This document shows, piece after piece, positions 10,334 to 18,905 of a stretch of DNA of 64,000 nucleotides. Origin of the DNA: Melghirimyces algeriensis (GTDB lineage: Bacteria > Bacillota > Bacilli > Thermoactinomycetales > DSM-45169); contig NZ_FXTI01000001.1 in the NCBI RefSeq assembly GCF_900182565.1, positions 478,316-542,315 on the forward strand, in the 5' to 3' direction. The first letter of the stretch is position 1, and each line of letters begins with the position of its first letter. The position numbers and the translations under genes are program-made. The notes beneath the pieces were generated by a model that had not been told where the DNA came from, searched no databases, and saw only the letters and a program-made list of their open reading frames with translations.

Positions 10334-11265
10334 AAACAAAGCGTTGGACGTATCTGTCTTTGATCATGATGGCATTTTTTTGGGGAAGTGCTTTTGCGGG
10401 CTCCAAACTGGCGGTAAATGCTGTTCCCCCTGAGGTTGCGGCTTTTTTTCGATTTGGTTTGGGAGCCTTGTTTATGCTGTTGGTATTGTGGCTTGGAAAG
10501 GGTGAAGAAAGAAAATTGCCGCGTTCGCATTGGAGACAGGTGATCTTGCTTGGTCTCATCGGTGTTGCGGCTTACAATCTTTTGCTGTTTTCTGCCCTTT
10601 ACTTTTCCCAAGCCTCTGATGGCAGCATGATTATTCCCACAACAAGCCCATTAATCACAACGGTACTGGCTGTTCTTTTTCTTAAAGAGAAGCTTATGAA
10701 AAAACAGGTATTGGGATTGGTTTTGGCGTGTTTCGGTTCTTTGGTATTTTTTTCGCAAATGGTGGTTGGTCAGTTCTCAGGAGAGCGTTTGTTTGGTGAT
10801 TTTTTATTTTTATTGGCAGCTCTTTGTTGGTCGACTTATACATTGGTTGGAAATCGGGTGTTAAAACAACTGGACCCTTTTCCGGTAACTGCTTATGCGA
10901 TGTTGACGGGTGCCTTGGTCCTGGGAATCATCTCCCTTCCGAAAATGGGAGAGATCAGCTGGAGTAGTTTGAGTGTGGGGTTTTGGACACTTCAAATCTA
11001 TCTCGCTCTGTTTCCCAGTGTGTTGGCTAACTGGTTCTATTACCGGGGTGTACAGTCGATCGGTGCTTCCGGGTCGGCCATCTTTATGTATATCGTACCT
11101 GTTTCCGGAATTTTATTGGCGATTCTCCTTTTAAAGGAATCCTTTACGGTTGTACAGATCGTTGGTTCCTTTCTGATGGTTTTGGGGGTCTGGTTTGTAA
11201 GTCAAAAACAAAAAACGCCGGTGTTGCGTTCTGAGGATATTTCCCTTCAGCAAAAATCCTCGTAA
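10330..11265 (+). CDS. EamA/DMT family transporter (10 TM helices)
   Basis: Two EamA repeats with predicted hydrophobic helices. The start overlaps the GntR stop (ATGA), indicating an operon. Confidence 0.8.
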   Translation: MKTKRWTYLSLIMMAFFWGSAFAGSKLAVNAVPPEVAAFFRFGLGALFMLLVLWLGKGEERKLPRSHWRQVILLGLIGVAAYNLLLFSALYFSQASDGSMIIPTTSPLITTVLAVLFLKEKLMKKQVLGLVLACFGSLVFFSQMVVGQFSGERLFGDFLFLLAALCWSTYTLVGNRVLKQLDPFPVTAYAMLTGALVLGIISLPKMGEISWSSLSVGFWTLQIYLALFPSVLANWFYYRGVQSIGASGSAIFMYIVPVSGILLAILLLKESFTVVQIVGSFLMVLGVWFVSQKQKTPVLRSEDISLQQKSS

Positions 11266-11282
11266 ACATCCGTTTTACTTTT

Positions 11283-12293
11283 ATGGGAGGGATGGGGTTG
11301 GCGATCAGGATTCCAAATCGCGTAAAAGGGTTTCTAATGGTGTTGAGTGCAGCGGTGTTATGGGGATCATCAGGCACCCTTGCCCAGTATCTTTTTCATG
11401 AAGAAGGAATTGAATTCGGTTGGTTGGTGATGGTTCGTCTGTTGATTTCGGGCTTTCTGTTGCTTATGATGGCATATGTTCAAAGTGGTAGGAAGAAAGT
11501 GCTGTCGCTTTGGAAAGATTCTGTTGACAAAAAGCAGATTATCATTTTGGGTATTGCCGGTATGGTGGGGACACAATATACATTTTTCGCCTCGATCGAG
11601 GCTGGCAATGCAGCCACTGCCACATTGCTTCAATATCTAGGACCAGCTCTGCTCACTGTCTGGATCGCTTTTCGTTTGCGCCGGATGCCAAGAGCAGGGG
11701 AGTGGATGGCAGTAGGGTTTGCTTTGATCGGGACATTTTTCCTGGTGACAGGAGGCAATCCATCAACATTGTCCATTTCACTGCCCGCTCTTCTTTGGGG
11801 CTTGGCGTCCGCTGTGGGACTTGCTTTCTATACACTCTATCCATCCCGACTATTAAATCAGTGGGGAGCAGGGATGATTGTGGGGTGGGCCATGTTCATC
11901 GGTGGGCTGGCATTGATGTTTATTCACCCACCATGGTCCGTGGATCTGGCAGGGTGGGAGTTGAAGACCTATGTTTGGATCGCTGTGGTCGTATTTTTGG
12001 GAACATTGCTTCCTTTTTTTCTGTATTTGGACAGTCTTCGTTATCTTCGCCCCTCAGAGACGGCTCTTCTCTCCTGTGCAGAGCCTCTGACTGCGGCAAT
12101 AGTGGCTGTCTGGTGGCTGGGGGTTCCCTTTGGTTTCCCGGAATGGTTGGGAGCATCCTTTATCATTGGGACGGTGGTGCTTTTGTCCCTGATGGAAGAG
12201 CATTCGAAATCGGAGGTACCTGTATCTGACAATAGCAAGAAGCCATTTTGCAAAGAGAATGGGCAAGGGATTGAAGGATCAATGGACGTATAG
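11283..12293 (+). CDS. EamA/DMT family transporter, second paralog
   Basis: Same fold as the upstream EamA gene. The true start may be TTG 11298 after GGAGGG. Confidence 0.75.
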   Translation: MGGMGLAIRIPNRVKGFLMVLSAAVLWGSSGTLAQYLFHEEGIEFGWLVMVRLLISGFLLLMMAYVQSGRKKVLSLWKDSVDKKQIIILGIAGMVGTQYTFFASIEAGNAATATLLQYLGPALLTVWIAFRLRRMPRAGEWMAVGFALIGTFFLVTGGNPSTLSISLPALLWGLASAVGLAFYTLYPSRLLNQWGAGMIVGWAMFIGGLALMFIHPPWSVDLAGWELKTYVWIAVVVFLGTLLPFFLYLDSLRYLRPSETALLSCAEPLTAAIVAVWWLGVPFGFPEWLGASFIIGTVVLLSLMEEHSKSEVPVSDNSKKPFCKENGQGIEGSMDV

Positions 12294-12387
12294 GTGTCTC
12301 TAAAGAATTGTTGAATGGTTTTAAAGAAGCTGGGTTCCAGCTTATCTTTAGCGGAATGATTAAATATGTTGAGGCTGGTACATAAAA

Positions 12388-12411
12388 GTCGGCTTTCCAA
12401 GGAAAGTCGAT
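12388..12411. repeat. Copy 1 of a 24-nt hairpin element GTCGGCTTTCCAAGGAAAGTCGAT
   Basis: Direct repeat of copy 2 (12475-12498) with 23 of 24 identity. Each copy folds into a 10-bp stem with an AA loop. Confidence 0.6.
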
Positions 12412-12474
12412 GAGACTGCTGACAAAGATAAATAAGAGACGGATATCTCCCTTCACCACTTTGTCATGAACCTC

Positions 12475-12506
12475 GTCGGCTTTCCAAGGAAGGTCGATAT
12501 TTTTTT
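12475..12506 (+). terminator. Copy 2 of the hairpin element followed by T7: plus-strand intrinsic terminator
   Basis: GTCGGCTTTCCAAGGAAGGTCGAT followed by ATTTTTTT. Confidence 0.5.
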
Positions 12507-12507
12507 G

Positions 12508-12548
12508 ATAAAAAAAGTCCAAGGCTTGCTTTTAACTGCAAGCCTTGG
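12508..12548 (-). terminator. Minus-strand intrinsic terminator (CAAGGCTTGC-loop-GCAAGCCTTG + U-run on minus)
   Basis: Perfect 10-bp stem. The A-run at 12508-12516 on the plus strand gives a U-tract on the minus strand. It follows the 54-aa minus-strand ORF. Confidence 0.55.
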
Positions 12549-12561
12549 ATTGAATCCTGTT

Positions 12562-12726
12562 TTATTGGATTCCTACCAACTCGTCATAAATGGCGAGAAG
12601 GGTGACACCGATCGTGGCGATGGTGAACATACTGCTGAGTATGAAGCCGGATTTGTTACCCGACCGTTTGTTATTCAGGGTACCCACGACGGCAAGAATA
12701 CTGATAAAGATGAGGATAATGGTCAT
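12562..12726 (-). CDS. Small membrane protein, 54 aa (two predicted TM helices)
   Basis: Manual translation of the reverse complement gives MTIILIFISILAVVGTLNNKRSGNKSGFILSSMFTIATIGVTLLAIYDELVGIQ, followed by TAA. A terminator lies downstream and a TTGCCC-18-TATACT promoter-like element lies upstream on the minus strand. It is below the 60-aa track cutoff. Confidence 0.4.
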   Translation of the reverse strand: MTIILIFISILAVVGTLNNKRSGNKSGFILSSMFTIATIGVTLLAIYDELVGIQ

Positions 12727-12952
12727 GTACATTCTCTTTCACCTGCTTTCTGCATTTCACTGTGATTCCGCATTTACGCGGCAGGCAACAAGCAGGAGGA
12801 ACCGTACCTGCTTAGCCTTTCCGCTCTCCATGTTCAGTATACTGTCCGATTCTGAAGAAGGGCAAGACCCTAGTATGGGATCTTTGCGGATCAGGAGAGG
12901 AATGGGGAAAGAGCCTCATGGGAAAAAGGCAAATGGTACGGAATTGTGAACA

Positions 12953-13045
12953 TTAGAAGAAGGCGAGAGAACTCGTAATCAGCGTGGAAATCACCAGTGT
13001 AAAGATGATGACATAGACAACCATTTTGATCCATGTTGGTTGCAT
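12953..13045 (-). CDS. Hydrophobic 30-aa peptide (single TM helix; toxin-like or small membrane protein)
   Basis: The reverse complement reads GAGGTGAT-5nt-ATG CAA CCA..., encoding MQPTWIKMVVYVIIFTLVISTLITSSLAFF followed by TAA. It has a strong RBS and is below the ORF-track cutoff. Confidence 0.3.
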   Translation of the reverse strand: MQPTWIKMVVYVIIFTLVISTLITSSLAFF

Positions 13046-13275
13046 CAAAAATCACCTCTAAATGATTATTTTATCTGAGAGCGAATAGCCTGTCCATCGA
13101 CTTAAAAAGAAAATGGGAAATGGTGATGGTTATAGAATTGGCAACATTGCCTGTTTCTCACAGATGTATGATGAAAAGCGACTAAGGAGTGAATTTTTGA
13201 TATATTAAGTATGATAGCCCTTTTAATTTCTTTCTGTGGATTAGAAAAAATAGAATCGAATGGAGGGGAGAGCTG

Positions 13276-14922
13276 TTGAATAAATCATTTGACGAAATGT
13301 ACCGGGAATGGACAGAAAAAACCCTTCAGCTCCTTGAAAAATACCCGGAACAAAAAGATCGTTTTGAAACACTCTCCGGTATTGAAGTGAACCGTCTGTA
13401 TACATCACATAACGAACAGGATATGGAGAAAATCGGATTTCCGGGTGAATATCCTTATACCCGTGGAATCCGACCCACCATGTATCGTTCCCGCAACTGG
13501 ACCATGCGTCAGTATGCGGGTTTCGGTTCCGCTACGGAAACCAACAAACGCTTTCGGTATCTGTTGGAGCAAGGACAGACTGGGCTTTCCGTAGCCTTTG
13601 ATTTACCCACCCAAATTGGATACGACTCCGATGATCCCATGGCTCAAGGAGAAGTGGGTAAGGTTGGAGTCGCCATCGATTCCCTGGAGGATATGGAGCG
13701 CCTTCTAAAGGGGATTCCACTGGATCAAGTAAGCACTTCGATGACGATTAATGCTCCGGCTTCCGTTCTTTTGGCCATGTATATCGCGGTTGGAGAAAAG
13801 CAAGGGGTACCGGTGGAAAAACTGACCGGAACGATTCAGAATGACATACTGAAGGAATATATTGCACGGGGAACGTATATTTTCCCGCCGAAATCTTCTA
13901 TGCGATTGATTACGGACATTTTTGCCTATTGTGCAGAATGTGTTCCAAAGTGGAACACCATCAGTATCAGTGGATATCATATTCGTGAAGCAGGGTCGAC
14001 TGCGGTCCAGGAAGTCGCTTTCACCCTGGCAAACGGAATTGCTTATGTTCATGCTGCGATGAAAGCCGGATTGGAAGTGGAACGGTTTGCGCCAAGACTT
14101 TCGTTCTTTTTCAATGCCCACAACCATTTCTTTGAGGAAGTGGCCAAGTTTCGTGCATCCCGGCGTTTATGGGCCCGGATTATGAAGGAGAGATTTCAAG
14201 CATCCAGCCCCCGTTCCATGCAACTTCGCTTTCATACCCAAACCGGAGGGTCTACATTAACTGCACAGCAGCCGGATAACAATGTGGTTCGGGTAACCCT
14301 GCAGGCTTTGGCAGCGGTGTTGGGGGGAACGCAAAGTCTTCACACCAATGCAAGGGATGAAGCATTAGCGCTTCCAACCGAAGAATCCGCAAGGGTGGCT
14401 TTGCGCACGCAGCAAATCATCGCCCATGAAAGTGGTGTAACCCACACCGTGGACCCTTTGGGAGGGTCATGGTATGTGGAGTGGCTGACAGATGAGATTG
14501 AAAAGCGAGCGCTCTCTTATATTGAGCGAATTGATGAGATGGGAGGAGCAGTTGCAGCAGTGGAACAGGGTTATATGCAACGGGAGATTCAACATGCAGC
14601 ATTGGAAACCCAACGGAAAATTGAATCCGGGGAAGAGGTGTTGGTCGGGGTAAATCGCTATCGTTTGGAAAATGAACAACAGCCTGATTTATACCAAGTC
14701 GATCCCCTACTTGCCAAAGATCAGGTCAAACGGCTGAACGCTCTGCGTGGCAAACGTGACGGTGAAAAGGTAACAGATTGTCTTGCAGCGTTGAAACGGG
14801 GAGCGGAAAGCGATGAAAATTTGATGCCATATATCCTTGATGCTGTGCGAGCCTACGCGACAGTGGGAGAGATCTGTCATGCGCTTCGGGACGTTTTCGG
14901 TGAATATCGGCCATCAATATAA
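13276..14922 (+). CDS. mcmA: Methylmalonyl-CoA mutase, catalytic (large) subunit of a split enzyme
   Basis: The MCM/ICM family motif TMRQYAGF retains Tyr, and [13 protein letters not shown] retains Arg, which are the residues that separate MCM from isobutyryl-CoA mutase. TTG start after GGAGGGGAGAG. Confidence 0.8.
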   Translation: MNKSFDEMYREWTEKTLQLLEKYPEQKDRFETLSGIEVNRLYTSHNEQDMEKIGFPGEYPYTRGIRPTMYRSRNWTMRQYAGFGSATETNKRFRYLLEQGQTGLSVAFDLPTQIGYDSDDPMAQGEVGKVGVAIDSLEDMERLLKGIPLDQVSTSMTINAPASVLLAMYIAVGEKQGVPVEKLTGTIQNDILKEYIARGTYIFPPKSSMRLITDIFAYCAECVPKWNTISISGYHIREAGSTAVQEVAFTLANGIAYVHAAMKAGLEVERFAPRLSFFFNAHNHFFEEVAKFRASRRLWARIMKERFQASSPRSMQLRFHTQTGGSTLTAQQPDNNVVRVTLQALAAVLGGTQSLHTNARDEALALPTEESARVALRTQQIIAHESGVTHTVDPLGGSWYVEWLTDEIEKRALSYIERIDEMGGAVAAVEQGYMQREIQHAALETQRKIESGEEVLVGVNRYRLENEQQPDLYQVDPLLAKDQVKRLNALRGKRDGEKVTDCLAALKRGAESDENLMPYILDAVRAYATVGEICHALRDVFGEYRPSI

Positions 14923-14939
14923 TAAAGGAGTGAAAGAAT

Positions 14940-15350
14940 ATGGATCGACCGATACGTGTGTTGATTGCCAAACCTGGTCTTGACGGACATGATCGGGGAG
15001 CGTTGATCATCGCTCAGTCTTTGAGAGATGAAGGGATGGAAGTAATCTATACCGGTCTTCGCCAAACGCCCGCGCAAATCGTTTCCACAGCGATTCAGGA
15101 AGATGTGGATGTCATCGGGCTTTCTTGCTTGTCCGGCGCTCATAATGAACTGTTCCCAGAGGTGACACGTCTTTTAAAGGATGAACAAGCGGATGATATC
15201 ATTGTGGTGGGTGGCGGGGTGATCCCTCAATCGGATCTAGCTTTTTTGGAAAAACATGGAATAAAAAAAGTCTTTACACCCGGAACGTCAACCAAAGAAA
15301 CGGCCGACTTTATCCGTCAGGCGGTCAAGGAGCGGGAAAAAATCCAATGA
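14940..15350 (+). CDS. mcmB: Methylmalonyl-CoA mutase B12-binding subunit
   Basis: Cobalamin-binding motif LDGHDRG and a Rossmann-like B12-binding domain, 136 aa. Confidence 0.8.
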   Translation: MDRPIRVLIAKPGLDGHDRGALIIAQSLRDEGMEVIYTGLRQTPAQIVSTAIQEDVDVIGLSCLSGAHNELFPEVTRLLKDEQADDIIVVGGGVIPQSDLAFLEKHGIKKVFTPGTSTKETADFIRQAVKEREKIQ

Positions 15351-15790
15351 CAACAAGAGACAGGATTTCGCCGGAGCGGATTGAACATGTAGGCATCGCT
15401 GTTCAAAGTCTGGAACAGGCTGTTCCTTTATATCGAGACATTCTGGGATTAGAATGGCTTGGTGAAGAGATCGTGGAAAGTGAACAGGTTCGTGTTGCCT
15501 TTTTTCGATTGGGGGAAGTAAAAGTAGAACTTTTGGAACCGCTTTCTCCTGACAGTCCAATCGCCCGATTTCTGGAAAAAAGAGGGCAGGGAATTCATCA
15601 TATTGCATTGAAAGTGGAAGAAATTGAGGGAGAGTTGAAACGATTGTCAGACTCCGGAATTCAACTGATTCATGATCAGCCCAAACGAGGGGCGAAAGGT
15701 GCCAAGGTGGCATTTATTCATCCGCAATCGACAAAAGGTGTTCTTTATGAACTGTGTGAGCCCCGTACTGACAGGGAAACGGATCGGTGA
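15347..15790 (+). CDS. mce: Methylmalonyl-CoA epimerase (VOC/glyoxalase fold)
   Basis: VOC-domain motifs HVGIAV and HHIALKV. The start overlaps the mcmB stop. Confidence 0.75.
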   Translation: MTTRDRISPERIEHVGIAVQSLEQAVPLYRDILGLEWLGEEIVESEQVRVAFFRLGEVKVELLEPLSPDSPIARFLEKRGQGIHHIALKVEEIEGELKRLSDSGIQLIHDQPKRGAKGAKVAFIHPQSTKGVLYELCEPRTDRETDR

Positions 15791-15818
15791 ATAACGAAAA
15801 CATTGGATGGTGATTGAT

Positions 15819-17348
15819 ATGCATCATAAATTGGATGAATTGGAGGAACGTCGCCGTCGAGTTGAAATGGGTGGTGGCGAGCGAAGAATCCGTTCTCAAC
15901 ACGATAAGGGGAAATTGACTGCCAGAGAGCGAATTGACTTGCTGTTGGATGAAGACAGCTTTATGGAGCTGAATCCTTTTGTGGAAAATACCTCTACTGA
16001 TTTCGGTGAAGCTCCGGGAGAAGGAGTGGTAACTGGATACGGAAAAGTACATGGCCGACCGGTTTATGTTTTTGCTCAGGATTTTACTGTTTTTGGCGGA
16101 GCGTTGGGTGAGATGCATGCCCTGAAGATCGCCCGGCTGATGGATCTGGCGGCCAAAAATGGTGCTCCGATCATTGGACTGAACGATTCTGGAGGTGCCC
16201 GAATTCAAGAGGGGGTTGTCTCTTTGGATGGTTATGGGCACATTTTTTACCGAAACTCCATTTATTCCGGGGTGGTTCCCCAGATCTCTGTTATCATGGG
16301 TCCATGTGCCGGTGGAGCTGTCTACTCACCGGCAATCACCGATTTTGTATTTATGGTGGAGAAAAGCAGCCAAATGTTTATTACGGGACCCAAGGTGATT
16401 GAGACCGTGACTGGTGAAAAGATTTCCACTGAAAAACTGGGCGGTGCTGAAGTTCACTCCACGTTAAGTGGAAATGCGCATTTCACTGCCGAATCAGAAC
16501 CGGAAGTTCTCAATCAGGTTCGCAGACTTTTGAGTTTTCTGCCGCAAAACAATGTGGAAGATCCTGAACGGATCTTTGTCAAAGAGGATGAGGGCTGGGT
16601 GGAAGATTTGATGGAGGTGGTACCGGAAGAGGGAACAAAGGTGTATGATGTACGCAGGGTGATTGATCTTATTGTGGATCAAAATGATTTTATGGAAGTT
16701 CATCAAAAGTACGCTCGCAACATTGTTGTCGGGTTTGGTCGGATCAATGGTCAATCCGTGGGGATTGCTGCCAATCAGCCAAAAGTAATGGCAGGCGGAT
16801 TGGATATTGATTCATCGGATAAATTAAGTCGGTTTATCCGATTTTGTGACAGCTTTCATATTCCCATTATCACCTTCGTGGATGTGACCGGTTTTCTTCC
16901 CGGAGTCAATCAGGAACATCGAGGAATCATTCGTCATGGAGCCAAAATTCTCTATGCCTATTCGGAAGCAACAGTTCCCAAAATTACGGTGATTATCCGC
17001 AAAGCTTATGGAGGAGCCTATGTGGCACTAAACAGCAAGGCGATTGGAGCCGATATGGTCTATGCCTGGCCAGGGGCAGAGGTGGCAGTGATGGGACCGG
17101 AGGGAGCTGCCAATGTGATTTACAGCCGGGAGATTCAGGAAAGTGCTGATCCGGAATCCACCCGATCCGAAAAGATTGAAGAGTACCGAAAAAAGTTTGC
17201 TAACCCCTATGTGGCAGCGTCTAAGGGCATGATTGATGATGTGATCGATCCCAGGGAGACGAGACAACGACTGAAACAATCCTTGGAGATGTTGAAAGGA
17301 AAGCGGGAAAATCGACCCGTTAAAAAACATGGTAATATTCCTTTGTAA
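15819..17348 (+). CDS. Acyl-CoA carboxylase carboxyltransferase beta subunit (propionyl-CoA carboxylase beta / YqjD-like)
   Basis: Carboxyltransferase N- and C-terminal domains. The track ORF starts at 15807; the second ATG at 15819 has the better RBS. Confidence 0.8.
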   Translation: MHHKLDELEERRRRVEMGGGERRIRSQHDKGKLTARERIDLLLDEDSFMELNPFVENTSTDFGEAPGEGVVTGYGKVHGRPVYVFAQDFTVFGGALGEMHALKIARLMDLAAKNGAPIIGLNDSGGARIQEGVVSLDGYGHIFYRNSIYSGVVPQISVIMGPCAGGAVYSPAITDFVFMVEKSSQMFITGPKVIETVTGEKISTEKLGGAEVHSTLSGNAHFTAESEPEVLNQVRRLLSFLPQNNVEDPERIFVKEDEGWVEDLMEVVPEEGTKVYDVRRVIDLIVDQNDFMEVHQKYARNIVVGFGRINGQSVGIAANQPKVMAGGLDIDSSDKLSRFIRFCDSFHIPIITFVDVTGFLPGVNQEHRGIIRHGAKILYAYSEATVPKITVIIRKAYGGAYVALNSKAIGADMVYAWPGAEVAVMGPEGAANVIYSREIQESADPESTRSEKIEEYRKKFANPYVAASKGMIDDVIDPRETRQRLKQSLEMLKGKRENRPVKKHGNIPL

Positions 17349-17363
17349 GAAGGTGAAGCTGTT

Positions 17364-17654
17364 GTGAATCCATTCATCCGTCCCATTGCGATTCGTTTGG
17401 TGCAGGGAAGAAAGTTGTCCAAAATCCAATGGAAAGAGTGTTCCTTCCAACAGAAGGGGGTAGATTCCCGACACAAACTTCGGATGCTCCAGGCTTTTCA
17501 TGTCCGGTTTATCCGAGGTCCAAGGGATCGGTCTCTCTGGCGGGATGCAGGAAGACGAGAGCAGCTTGGTCGAACAATGACCATCGACCGCCCGGCATGG
17601 AATGATCGGGTAACAATGATGAGTCAGTCACCTTCAGGGATGGGAAAAAGGTGA
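17364..17654 (+). CDS. Hypothetical basic 96-aa protein (uncertain coding)
   Basis: GTG start after AAGGTGAAG. It fills a gap of about 350 bp but is Arg-rich and has no recognisable domain. Confidence 0.2.
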   Translation: MNPFIRPIAIRLVQGRKLSKIQWKECSFQQKGVDSRHKLRMLQAFHVRFIRGPRDRSLWRDAGRREQLGRTMTIDRPAWNDRVTMMSQSPSGMGKR

Positions 17655-17695
17655 ATGCATCTCTGTGTTGATGAACGTACATACAGGAGGCATCA

Positions 17696-18808
17696 ATGAT
17701 GATTAACAAAGAACGTTTGCTGAAAGAGTTTCTGGAACTGGTTCAGACGGATAGCCCGACGGGGGAAGAACGGGAAATTTGTGATCTGTTGAAGGTCAAA
17801 CTGAATGATCTTGGATTTGAGGTAACGGAAGACCATAGTGCCAAGGTGACCGGACATGGGGCCGGAAACATTGTCGCTACGCTGAAGGGAACACTGGATG
17901 CACCAACGATTTATTTTACCTGTCATATGGATACGGTTACGCCTGGAAAAGGGGTCAAGCCCAAGGTGGAGGATGGCTATGTCATGACGGATGGAACCAC
18001 GGTGTTGGGAGCGGATGATAAGGCAGGATTGGCCGCCTTGCTGGAAGGAGTTCGTACCATAAAGGAAAGAGATATGGAACATGGATCCATCCAATTCGTG
18101 TTTACCGTCGGGGAAGAATCGGGTTTGGTGGGATCGAAAAATCTTGATACAGATCTGTTGAAGGCGGATTTTGGCTATGCATTGGACTCCAATGGTCCCG
18201 TGGGGCATATTATTACCGAAGCGCCCGCTCAAGTTCGTCTCGATGTGAAAATCATCGGGAAAGCCGCTCATGCTGGAGTCAATCCGGAAGATGGTGTCAG
18301 TGCCATTCAGGTGGCCAGCCGTGCCATTTCCAAAATGCCATTGGGCCGTATTGATGAAGAGACAACCGCTAACATCGGCAAATTTTCCGGTGGATCCGCA
18401 TCAAATGTGATCCCGGAATTTGTGGAGCTCCTTGCAGAAGTCCGGAGTCGGGATGAAGCCAAGTTGGACGCTCAAGTAAACAGGATGGTGACCGGTTTTG
18501 AACAAACAGCGGCGGAGTTGAATGCAAAAGCAGAGGTAAAAGCAACCAAAATGTATCCGGCATATAAATATACGGATGCTGATCCAGTTGTGCAAAAAGC
18601 GATGGAAGCATTGGAAAAAGTGGGACGAAAACCGCAGTTGCTGTCCAGTGGAGGTGGCAGTGATGCCAATGTCATCGCTGGGCATGGGATTCCTTCAGTG
18701 AACTTGGGAATTGGGTATGAAGAGATTCATACAACCAATGAACGAATGCCGATTGCAGAGTTGGAGAAAGCAGCTGAGCTGGTGGTTGCTTTAGTCGAAC
18801 AGAGGTAA
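17696..18808 (+). CDS. M20 family metallopeptidase (YqjE-like)
   Basis: M20 motifs HMDTV and GADDKAG, plus a dimerisation domain. The RBS is AGGAGG. Confidence 0.75.
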   Translation: MMINKERLLKEFLELVQTDSPTGEEREICDLLKVKLNDLGFEVTEDHSAKVTGHGAGNIVATLKGTLDAPTIYFTCHMDTVTPGKGVKPKVEDGYVMTDGTTVLGADDKAGLAALLEGVRTIKERDMEHGSIQFVFTVGEESGLVGSKNLDTDLLKADFGYALDSNGPVGHIITEAPAQVRLDVKIIGKAAHAGVNPEDGVSAIQVASRAISKMPLGRIDEETTANIGKFSGGSASNVIPEFVELLAEVRSRDEAKLDAQVNRMVTGFEQTAAELNAKAEVKATKMYPAYKYTDADPVVQKAMEALEKVGRKPQLLSSGGGSDANVIAGHGIPSVNLGIGYEEIHTTNERMPIAELEKAAELVVALVEQR

Positions 18809-18823
18809 AGCAGGAAAGGAGAA

Positions 18824-18850
18824 GGACCCACGGAAAGTGGGTCTTTTTAT
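18824..18850 (+). terminator. Intrinsic terminator GGACCCAC-GGAAA-GTGGGTC + T5
   Basis: Perfect 7-8 bp stem followed by a T-run. Confidence 0.65.
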
Positions 18851-18905
18851 AGGCATAAACATATAGTTATCGGCATACCCCCTTTTTGAGAGAGGAAAGG
18901 GGGAT

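Noticed and set aside
11702-12229. 175-aa plus-strand ORF and minus-strand ORFs 11920-12522
   Set aside because: They are alternative frames or antisense within the second EamA transporter gene, whose hydrophobic periodicity supports the annotated frame.
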